The notes below the pieces were generated by a model. The model saw only the letters and a program-made list of their open reading frames with translations. It was not told where the DNA came from and searched no databases. 64,000 nucleotides of DNA from Synechococcus sp. (GTDB taxonomy: Bacteria > Cyanobacteriota > Cyanobacteriia > PCC-6307 > Cyanobiaceae), in contig JBJBDC010000001.1 in assembly GCA_047285535.1 (NCBI GenBank), positions 2,208,136 to 2,272,135 of the forward strand, written 5' to 3'. The position numbers and the translations under genes are program-made. Below are positions 1 to 8,190 of the stretch, piece by piece; the first letter of the stretch is position 1, and every line of letters starts with the position of its first letter.

Positions 1-803
1 ATTGAACATTGAATCGAACCGTTACAACATATTCTTCATCAATTCCAAATAAGTAGTCATAACTTCAATTAGTCTTTAACTGGTATATTGATATCATGTT
101 TAATGTGTTGGATTGTCATTAGAGCCATAGCCCATGCAAATGGATCAAAGGATTAGCAAGTTAAGCATCAAATAAAATCAACCAATAGAATAGCGCAATT
201 AAACAACAAGGATATAGCTTTGCAAGCTCGACATCAAATATTTTTTGACCAAAGGGAAATTTTGTTTTTAGCTACTGGGATGACAAATCAAAGTCAGATG
301 GTAAGCAAATAGATGGAAGTGAAAGCCCAAAACATTTAACATAGCAAATATCAATTTAATTACCTTTGCATCAATATTCTTTTTAAGAGTCGCATCCAAA
401 GATTATTTAGTACTTTTAAAACAACGAAATAAAGACAGGTCAAATTCCACAGGAAAATTTCGCACGTGTCTATATTTCCTCAACACCAAAGCCAACAAAA
501 TAAAACATATGAATAACCTAATGCAGTTTACTCCTACGCATCAATTCACGATTAACTACTCATGAAGTTAGTCACAATAAAATAGACTTACCAGATACTT
601 GAATCTCCTCTTTGATGAGTTTTATTGACGAGAGGTAAACTCATTAAAACTAGAATGATGTAGAATAAAACAGAAGAAAGAAAAATAGGAGACACTAAGA
701 GACATTCCTCAATCATGCTTTAAGGCAATATGCGGAACATGCGTTCCAGCACTCAAACCCGTCTTCACGACCAAGAACACAGTCATAGCAAGAGTTTTTG
801 AAA

Positions 804-1130
804 ATGTCTTACTTCACATGGAAAGAAGCCGGCCTCACAAGCGACTGTGCAAGCCTTGAAGCCATGGCCTCCCGCTTTGAAGAAGCCGCAAGTTTGATGC
901 GCCGAATGGCACAACAGGGGTTTGAACTCGACACTCAAGGCCGTCAACAACGCATCACCCATAGCGATTCAGAGGTGTTCGAGTCTTGGGGGTTTATCAA
1001 TGAGGAATCAGCCTTCCGACAACTCACCTTGATCAGCGATCCAACCTTTGGATCTCCTTCAAACTCATCAGCCGCGACGGAATTCGCCGATCAACCACAC
1101 CAAGACAAAAGCCAAGGACGACACACCTAA
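804..1130 (+). CDS. Hypothetical protein upstream of purT (intact copy)
   Basis: ORF 798..1130, ATG at 804 (MSYFTWKEAGLTSDCASLEAMASRFEE...). A second 5'-truncated copy exists at 2679-2986. Confidence 0.7.
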   Translation: MSYFTWKEAGLTSDCASLEAMASRFEEAASLMRRMAQQGFELDTQGRQQRITHSDSEVFESWGFINEESAFRQLTLISDPTFGSPSNSSAATEFADQPHQDKSQGRHT

Positions 1131-1341
1131 ATACACCAAAACCCATTTCTGAATAGTCGCAATCTCCCAGCCGAACAGCAACCCATTGGCGGCATCGCCA
1201 GCCGTTGTGAACGCAAGTAGCAAAAGCATGAGGACTAAGCGAGAAGATCAAGCCATGCTGCCTTGAAACTTGCCATGACGAACTTCCCAAAAACACTGAT
1301 GCTGCTCGGCAGCGGTGAACTGGGCAAAGAAGTAGCGATCG
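823..1341. repeat. 519-bp direct repeat, copy 1
   Basis: Aligns without gaps to 2679-3197 (offset 1856). I count 7 substitutions, at 831, 847, 924, 930, 1197, 1219 and 1304. Confidence 0.97.
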
Positions 1342-1415
1342 TCAATCGATTTCAAACCCAACCAGTGTTGAAAACTAATGACAAAAATCAACAAGTAACT
1401 CCATGTTTCCATTAA
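1275..1415 (+). pseudogene. purT: Truncated 5' fragment of purT (22 codons) running into insert sequence
   Basis: ATG 1275 encodes MTNFPKTLMLLGSGELGKEVAI, identical to the PurT N-terminus, then unrelated VNRFQTQP...FH and TAA at 1413-1415. Confidence 0.9.
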
Positions 1416-1460
1416 AAAATTCAGCTACCAATAAGCCATAAAGGCACCATTGAAATATTA

Positions 1461-1469
1461 TGCTACGAT
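1461..1469 (+). promoter_or_regulatory. Putative extended -10 promoter (TGnTACGAT) for the cassette gene
   Basis: TG-C-TACGAT ends 20 nt upstream of the GTG start at 1490. AT-rich context makes a chance match possible. Confidence 0.3.
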
Positions 1470-1489
1470 GAGAAAAATTAATTCGAAGA

Positions 1490-2311
1490 GTGGTTGCAAG
1501 ATTTATCTCTAAAGCACTGGTCACTTCATTTTTATTTGGCTTAAGTGCCCATGCTTCACCTAAGCACGAAGCAAAAGATTTTTCTACAGATAGTTTTCCA
1601 AAATGGCACTACAACATTAACTCAAACTCATCAATTTCAGATTTTAAAACTTCTAATCCCATCATCTCAACGTCAGCTGATTCAGAACCAACAGATAGAA
1701 CAACCAAAAAGATCAAACCCAAAAACGCTATTGAAATCAAATATGGAATGTATTCATCTGGATTTTGGTTTCCAATACAACCTCAAAATGGGATCAGCAA
1801 TTGGGAATACAATAGTTGCAACTCGTTCTTCTTCTGTAGCGAAGACGGTTTATATGGAGGCAATGTAGAGCTAAAATATATACGTAGATTAGCTTCTTCC
1901 GGACGCCATCATCTTGATTTAGATGCGTCTGCAAGTTTAGGCTGGCAATCCCCTCAGATTGAACAAAGTGATTCTTTAAACAAAGAATTTTTAGTCGCCA
2001 GGACGGGAGGTAATAGGCAGTTTTTTGGAACATTTAGCTTGATTCCAACATATCGCTTCAATGTTAATAAATGGTTGGGGTTAGGGATTGGTACCGGAAT
2101 TAATTATGCAACTGACATACCAGACGACATTGGAGGAAATCAGTTGAATGCGGCAGCGAATTTTGAAATTGCCGTTAAACCATCGTCTTCTAACGATCTT
2201 GAGTTGACCTTTGCATTCCAACATCGCTGTGCTTTTTTCGGAACCTTGAACGAAGATGGTGAAATCACTGGATCTAATTGGTATGCATTGGGAGTAAGAA
2301 CATGGTTCTAA
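1490..2311 (+). CDS. Outer-membrane beta-barrel protein, PagL/acyloxyacyl-hydrolase-like (putative lipid A-modifying enzyme)
   Basis: Signal peptide ending in AHA-S; amphipathic strands (LIPTYRFNV, LGLGIGTGINY, NFEIAVK, LELTFAFQH); HRCAFFG...GSN; C-terminal beta-signal WYALGVRTWF. The barrel call is solid, the enzyme family is inference. Confidence 0.6.
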   Translation: MVARFISKALVTSFLFGLSAHASPKHEAKDFSTDSFPKWHYNINSNSSISDFKTSNPIISTSADSEPTDRTTKKIKPKNAIEIKYGMYSSGFWFPIQPQNGISNWEYNSCNSFFFCSEDGLYGGNVELKYIRRLASSGRHHLDLDASASLGWQSPQIEQSDSLNKEFLVARTGGNRQFFGTFSLIPTYRFNVNKWLGLGIGTGINYATDIPDDIGGNQLNAAANFEIAVKPSSSNDLELTFAFQHRCAFFGTLNEDGEITGSNWYALGVRTWF

Positions 2312-2678
2312 ATACCATAAAACTACTGCTTCCATTAAATTCCGAATTCAAATAAAAGCAACTCTTTAATACCATCTAATTTCGCTAAACCAAGCTTTCG
2401 ACTAAACCCCTTAACAATGTCCTTTTTAAAGTAAAGAGTAAATCACACGCAAATCAGTAAACCAATAAAAAATTTAACCCCACTTTTGATCACAGTACAT
2501 TCATGCAATGCAAAAACTCTCAAGCAAATACAAAATAATCACAAACACAAGCCCTCAATAATCAGTTCAACTCATCAATACCATTAGATCATCCGCATAT
2601 CACTATGCCAAATCTTGTTCTCCTCTTAATCAAGTAAAGTTTTGAAGAAAAAGCCGAAGAGAATCATTATTTCTCTTC

Positions 2679-2986
2679 AAGAAGCCAGCCTCACAAGCGA
2701 CTATGCAAGCCTTGAAGCCATGGCCTCCCGCTTTGAAGAAGCCGCAAGTTTGATGCGCCGAATGGCACAACAGGGGTTTAAACTCAACACTCAAGGCCGT
2801 CAACAACGCATCACCCATAGCGATTCAGAGGTGTTCGAGTCTTGGGGGTTTATCAATGAGGAATCAGCCTTCCGACAACTCACCTTGATCAGCGATCCAA
2901 CCTTTGGATCTCCTTCAAACTCATCAGCCGCGACGGAATTCGCCGATCAACCACACCAAGACAAAAGCCAAGGACGACACACCTAA
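2679..2986 (+). pseudogene. 5'-truncated duplicate of the 804-1130 hypothetical gene
   Basis: Lacks the native N-terminal codons (MSYFTW..) and carries four G>A non-synonymous changes. The ORF track start at 2642 lies in cassette DNA. Confidence 0.7.
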
Positions 2987-3197
2987 ATACACCAAAACCC
3001 ATTTCTGAATAGTCGCAATCTCCCAGCCGAACAGCAACCCATTGGCGGCATCTCCAGCCGTTGTGAACGCAAGTGGCAAAAGCATGAGGACTAAGCGAGA
3101 AGATCAAGCCATGCTGCCTTGAAACTTGCCATGACGAACTTCCCAAAAACACTGATGCTTCTCGGCAGCGGTGAACTGGGCAAAGAAGTAGCGATCG
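2679..3197. repeat. 519-bp direct repeat, copy 2
   Basis: Matches 823-1341 and contains the functional purT start (ATG 3131). Confidence 0.97.
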
Positions 3198-4300
3198 CAG
3201 CCCAGAGACTTGGTTGTCAAGTCATCGCCTGCGACCGTTATGCAGGGGCACCAGCCATGCAGGTGGCTGATCAAGCTGAAGTGCTCACAATGACCGATCC
3301 AAATGCCCTGAAGGCTGTTGTCACCAAGCATCAACCTGATGTAGTGATCCCAGAAATTGAGGCGCTGGCTGTCGATGCCCTTCAAGAACTTGAAGATGAC
3401 GGCATCCAAGTGATTCCCACCGCAAGAGCGACAGCGGTGACGATGAATCGGGATCGGATTCGGAACCTGGCTGCTGGTGAGCTGGGTCTACGCACCGCCC
3501 GCTTTGCCTATGCCACTGATGCACAGGAACTCCATCGCGCCGCCAAACCGTTGGGTTGGCCTGTAGTCGTGAAACCTGTGATGAGTTCATCCGGGAAAGG
3601 TCAAAGCGTGGTCCATCGCGCCGCCGATTTAGATCAGGCCTGGGAGCAAGCCATGGCTGGATCCAGAGGAAGCTCCGAGCAAGTAATCGTGGAAGAATTT
3701 CTGCATTTCGATCTAGAAATCACCCTGCTCACCATCCGTCAACACGATGGAAGCACGTTGTTCTGCGCACCGATCGGTCATGAGCAAACCAACGGGGACT
3801 ACCAGTGCAGTTGGCAGCCGGCCCAGATCTCTGAAGACCAACTGCACCAGGCTCAGACGATGGCACAAGCAGTGACAAACAACCTGGGCGGTACTGGTCT
3901 CTTTGGCGTGGAATTCTTTCTGTGCGGCGATGAGGTGGTGTTTTCCGAGCTCTCTCCAAGACCGCACGACACCGGTCTTGTAACGCTGATCAGTCAAAAC
4001 CTGAGCGAATTTGACTTACATCTGCGAGCCGTACTCGGACTACCCATTCCCGCCATCACTACTACCAATGCAGCGGCTAGCCGGGTGATTCTGGCTGATA
4101 GTCAAGGAAACCAAGTGCAATTCAGGGGAGTTGAACAAGCCCTGAGGGAACCCGATACCAAGCTATTGCTGTTCGGGAAGAGGGAGGCCAGGCCAGGGCG
4201 GCGAATGGGGGTTGCATTAGCCCTTGGCAACAACATCAATGATGCCCAAGCCAAGGCAAATCGATCCGCAGCAGCCGTCGAGGTTCAGGTCAAAAATTAG
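3131..4300 (+). CDS. purT: Formate-dependent phosphoribosylglycinamide formyltransferase
   Basis: LLGSGELGKEV, KPVMSSSGKGQS, ELSPRPHDTG, RRMGVALA; ATP-grasp fold. Confidence 0.97.
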   Translation: MTNFPKTLMLLGSGELGKEVAIAAQRLGCQVIACDRYAGAPAMQVADQAEVLTMTDPNALKAVVTKHQPDVVIPEIEALAVDALQELEDDGIQVIPTARATAVTMNRDRIRNLAAGELGLRTARFAYATDAQELHRAAKPLGWPVVVKPVMSSSGKGQSVVHRAADLDQAWEQAMAGSRGSSEQVIVEEFLHFDLEITLLTIRQHDGSTLFCAPIGHEQTNGDYQCSWQPAQISEDQLHQAQTMAQAVTNNLGGTGLFGVEFFLCGDEVVFSELSPRPHDTGLVTLISQNLSEFDLHLRAVLGLPIPAITTTNAAASRVILADSQGNQVQFRGVEQALREPDTKLLLFGKREARPGRRMGVALALGNNINDAQAKANRSAAAVEVQVKN

Positions 4301-6444
4301 TTATGCCGTACTCGTCCACCCAAGAATCGGTAGTGCTGGATACCTTCCAGCACACCAGGCAATTGAGGTCGACTCGAAAAGTAAACACGCTGTTGCTGAC
4401 GAAAATCCTCTAAACAAGGATCGTGATCAGCCAAGACAACCGTGGCGGGTCGACCGCAAACCAACTCTCCATCCCCCTGCTGACTGGCTACCACAAGCAT
4501 CTGTTCCAACGGAAGTCCCCAGCGCAGAGCCAGGAAACGAATGGCTTCACTACGGGATGCCCTCAATGGCAGAACGTCAATAAACCAATGGCAGCGGAGC
4601 TGAGGACGAGCTACCTGACGACGTTGACGGAGTCGTTGACGGATCAAGGGAAGGATCTCATCTCCAACCTCTCGAATCGTGTAGCTCAGCTTGAAGGGAC
4701 CTTGATGCTCCAATCGCTGTAATTCAATGTGGTCTGTGAGGTCAGCGAGAGCCTCTTCAACACCCGAACGATCCCAATCCACACCGATCTGGGCCGACCA
4801 CAACCGATCAGCCTCGCTCTCTTGGCCATAGTGAATCGCTGTACCAGCTCCTGTGATCCAGACCTTTGGTTCAGGTAAAAGAAGTTCCGCAAATCGTTGC
4901 CGAGCAGCAGGCAACGACCGACCGGTCAGGATTCCTAATCCACACTGATCAAGTTGCTCGCGCAATGCCCTGAGCGCATCACCATCGGGCTCCTCCAAAC
5001 TGCTGTCGAGATCGAGTAAGAGCAAACGATCACCCAAAGGCTGGATCCCTTTGCTGGATGCGGACTGACTGGATGACAACACAGTTGGATTGGGGGCTGA
5101 CATCAGCCGCTCCTGCATCAACGCCAGATAGCGGCATACATGGGCATCCCAACTGAAATGACGACTGACCGCCTCCACACCGTTATCACTCCAACGGGTC
5201 CAGCGCTGATGATCTGAACCTGCACACTCCAATGCATCTTGAAGGGCTTCACGATCTGTTACATCGACAAGCAAACCGTTGTCACAGCGAGCAAGGATGT
5301 CCCTTGGACCTCCATCATCGGTCGCCACCATCGGCAGTCCGCAAGCCGCAGCTTCTAACAACGTGAGACCAAACGGTTCTGTAAGAGCAGGATTCACAAA
5401 CAAACCTCGGCGCTCCGCAGCCCAGCGATAAATGACCGGAATCTGATCACGACGATGCTGCTTGGGATAGGCAATGTGGCCGTAGAGGTTGTAACGATCA
5501 ACAAGATCAAACACCTGCTGAAACACATCTCGCTGCTGTTTCTCCATCTGCCTGGGATCGTCCCTACAACCGAGCACAAGCACCAAATTGTGACGCTGCC
5601 TTAAGACAGCAGAACGACCAAAAGCCTCAACCAGGGCAGGAATATTTTTGCGACGAACAGCTCTAGAAATCGCCAGCAACGGGGGCAACGCGGGCTGACG
5701 CAAAAAAGGAGTCAAGAGGGTCTCAACCTGATTGATCTCAGATGCTTCTGAGCCAGGGTGAAACCGGCGAGAATCCACACCAGGAGGCACGACCTGAGCG
5801 CGATCAGCACAGAACCTGCCGTAACGAGAATATTGCTGATCACATTCCTGACGCGTACTCGTGATGACCAGCTCGGCATGGGCGAGAGCTAATTCCTCCG
5901 CATCAATACGACGGCTAATGGAATACGTCTGCTCGATCTGCTGATGGTCTCCTCCTCCAGCTAACAGACGACGCTGTTTCTCACGACCAAGCGAATGTCC
6001 CGTAAACACCAAGGGGATCCCCAGACGACGACTCAGCAGAGCCCCGACATAACCGGCATCGGCGTAATGGGCGTGAATCCAGTCGGGTCGATGCTCAGGC
6101 TTCTGAAGGTGGACCACAAGCTGATCGGCCAGATCCTCGAGATAGGGCCAGAGCAACTCCTTACGCAAATAGCGCTTTGGGCCGAAGGCAAAACGCTGAA
6201 TAGCAGCACCAGCCGCAATGGCCTCCATGGGCTGTGCGTAATCGGCCGACACCCGTCTGTCCTGAATTAAACGAGTCACTACATCCACTCGCTCCACTTC
6301 GGCCCTAGCCGCAAGGCTGCGGACCAATTCGAGCACGTAAAGAGTTTGACCACCGGTATCAGCATCCCGTCCCAGTTCCAAATCATGGGAGCGGAGCAGT
6401 CCGTGAAGATGGAGATGGAGAAGCCGAAAACCCACAATCAACAT
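4297..6444 (-). CDS. sps: Sucrose-phosphate synthase (GT4 domain plus C-terminal SPP-like HAD domain)
   Basis: ELGRDADTGGQ, HAHYADAG, GHSLG, NPALTEPFGLTLLEAAA; C-terminal LDLDSSL. Confidence 0.92.
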   Translation of the reverse strand: MLIVGFRLLHLHLHGLLRSHDLELGRDADTGGQTLYVLELVRSLAARAEVERVDVVTRLIQDRRVSADYAQPMEAIAAGAAIQRFAFGPKRYLRKELLWPYLEDLADQLVVHLQKPEHRPDWIHAHYADAGYVGALLSRRLGIPLVFTGHSLGREKQRRLLAGGGDHQQIEQTYSISRRIDAEELALAHAELVITSTRQECDQQYSRYGRFCADRAQVVPPGVDSRRFHPGSEASEINQVETLLTPFLRQPALPPLLAISRAVRRKNIPALVEAFGRSAVLRQRHNLVLVLGCRDDPRQMEKQQRDVFQQVFDLVDRYNLYGHIAYPKQHRRDQIPVIYRWAAERRGLFVNPALTEPFGLTLLEAAACGLPMVATDDGGPRDILARCDNGLLVDVTDREALQDALECAGSDHQRWTRWSDNGVEAVSRHFSWDAHVCRYLALMQERLMSAPNPTVLSSSQSASSKGIQPLGDRLLLLDLDSSLEEPDGDALRALREQLDQCGLGILTGRSLPAARQRFAELLLPEPKVWITGAGTAIHYGQESEADRLWSAQIGVDWDRSGVEEALADLTDHIELQRLEHQGPFKLSYTIREVGDEILPLIRQRLRQRRQVARPQLRCHWFIDVLPLRASRSEAIRFLALRWGLPLEQMLVVASQQGDGELVCGRPATVVLADHDPCLEDFRQQQRVYFSSRPQLPGVLEGIQHYRFLGGRVRHN

Positions 6445-6675
6445 TCAACAGAACAAGACATCAGGTGCATGCCTTGATTAGTAATTAAGTCGTTCAAACA
6501 AATCAAAAGTTGAAGACATCCTTATAAATCAGCAACTTCAAACGCTTAATTTTGCTAAAAAACCAGTCTGAGCCAGTTTCTTAAGCCCTTGAAAACGGCT
6601 CAATCCAATCTCAATCTGATGATGAAATGCAACGGAAACGGATAGGTTCGTTCCGATTCATTAAGTGAAGAGACC

Positions 6676-8190
6676 TCAGAACTGACTGGTCACATCCACC
6701 AAAGGTATCGAGCTATTACCCCAACCTCCTCCACTGAAGGTATGAGGGGACGGAACAGACAGCTGTTCATTGATCCAAGCCAAAATCAATGCCCCGAGAA
6801 TCGGAGGTTCCTTTTGGTCTGCAGGAGCCCAAAGATTGAAGTGACTTCCACCCGAAGCCAGCACAAGGCGATGACCATTCTCCAGAGGCTTTCCTTCCCT
6901 AAATGGCACCACTGCCTCAGGCCCCGAAGGAACAACCCAATCTTTAGTGCCACTCACGAACAACACCTTCGCCTGCAGAGAAGGACCGCTCGACTCATCA
7001 AAAAGAAGCCTCATGGGTGGACTTACAACTACTGCTGCTTTCACACGAGGATCAGCCAGCGATCCCTGATCAGCACCTGACAACCAGCTGCACTGCAAAA
7101 CCCAACTAAGATTTCGATCTGGATCAAGAAGATCCTTACAACGCGTTTTTAGCTTCTTGGTAGTGGTTTTTAAACCACTCAATTGCAACGCCGCCGTGGC
7201 ACCCCATGAATGCCCCACCACCGCGACGTCATCTGTATTCAATTGTTGGCCAGACAAGAAGGTGCCGGATTCGATGCCATTCAGAAGAGCGCTGACATCA
7301 AGAGGACGAAAACGCAGCTCCTTAGCGCTTGGCGGAGGTGCAACTCCGCTCAATAATTCCTTTTGCTGCTCAGAATCACTCCCTGGATGACGTGGCAGAA
7401 GCACCGTGTAGCCATTGGCTGCCAACAATCGACCCCAACCTTCAAAACTGGCAGGTTGATCCCACAACCCATGGGAGATCACCACAAGCCTTTGATTAGA
7501 TGATCGCTTCGGCTTCAAAATCGTGACATCAAGGGGTTGCGTTCGATGTGGCACCGAAAAACGCATCTGAGAACGAGTCCATCCGGACCCACCAGATTCA
7601 GCAACAGAATCTGATGCAGGAGTCATGGCTGTTCCAGCCTTAACTAGCAGGCGAGCATCGACCTGCTGAGCCCGAAGGCGTTTCGCGTTATAAGCCAAGG
7701 CCTGAAAATCTATCGATAACGATTCACCGGGAAGGCGACGAAACAAACCAAGCAAATTGGGCTCTCCATCCCGATAAGTGGCATCAAGAGCATCAGCCAA
7801 GCTGTGACCACTGGTATCGGGTGGCAAGCCGTCCACCTTCACCAACTGAGACGCCGAGAGCAAGGCCTGCTCAAACAATGGATTATCTACTGATTGCTCT
7901 AAAATCCCGGAAGTCTGCTTAGGGAATGGGGCTGTAAGGAACTCACCAAGAAGGCGAGAAACAGAGCCATTTCCAGCTCGATCTAATTCTTGAAGATCAG
8001 GATTGGATGCAATCAATGCCTCAGCTGTACTTGCATCTTTCAAGTTGAGAGAAAACTGTGTCTGTAACAATGGCAAATTAATCAGGAGTCGTTCGACCGC
8101 TGAAACTGGTCTCGCAAAGGAAACACTCAAGAAAGACGCCAGTGCAACACTACGAATTCCAGAAAAACATCGACTAAAAAAAAGAGTCAT
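6676..8190 (-). CDS. Secreted alpha/beta hydrolase (DUF1400-like N-domain plus hydrolase domain)
   Basis: Signal peptide, VVISHGLW, nucleophile GHSWG, catalytic D (TKDWVVP) and H (GGSHFNL). Confidence 0.8.
   Translation of the reverse strand: MTLFFSRCFSGIRSVALASFLSVSFARPVSAVERLLINLPLLQTQFSLNLKDASTAEALIASNPDLQELDRAGNGSVSRLLGEFLTAPFPKQTSGILEQSVDNPLFEQALLSASQLVKVDGLPPDTSGHSLADALDATYRDGEPNLLGLFRRLPGESLSIDFQALAYNAKRLRAQQVDARLLVKAGTAMTPASDSVAESGGSGWTRSQMRFSVPHRTQPLDVTILKPKRSSNQRLVVISHGLWDQPASFEGWGRLLAANGYTVLLPRHPGSDSEQQKELLSGVAPPPSAKELRFRPLDVSALLNGIESGTFLSGQQLNTDDVAVVGHSWGATAALQLSGLKTTTKKLKTRCKDLLDPDRNLSWVLQCSWLSGADQGSLADPRVKAAVVVSPPMRLLFDESSGPSLQAKVLFVSGTKDWVVPSGPEAVVPFREGKPLENGHRLVLASGGSHFNLWAPADQKEPPILGALILAWINEQLSVPSPHTFSGGGWGNSSIPLVDVTSQF

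Larger units (their letters stand above)
1342..2678. mobile_element. AT-rich single-gene cassette (genomic islet) between direct repeats
   Basis: Unique, visibly AT-rich 1337 bp between the two 519-bp repeats. No integrase or transposase is encoded inside. Confidence 0.7.

Noticed and set aside
1131..1274. Possible purine-related riboswitch in the purT leader
   Set aside because: Only short stems (e.g. AGCATG/CATGCT); no ZTP, purine or PRPP aptamer consensus recognised. An Rfam scan would settle it.
1033..1296. 87-aa minus-strand ORF duplicated at 2889-3152
   Set aside because: It is identical only because it lies in the direct repeat. It overlaps sense genes and has no recognisable motif.
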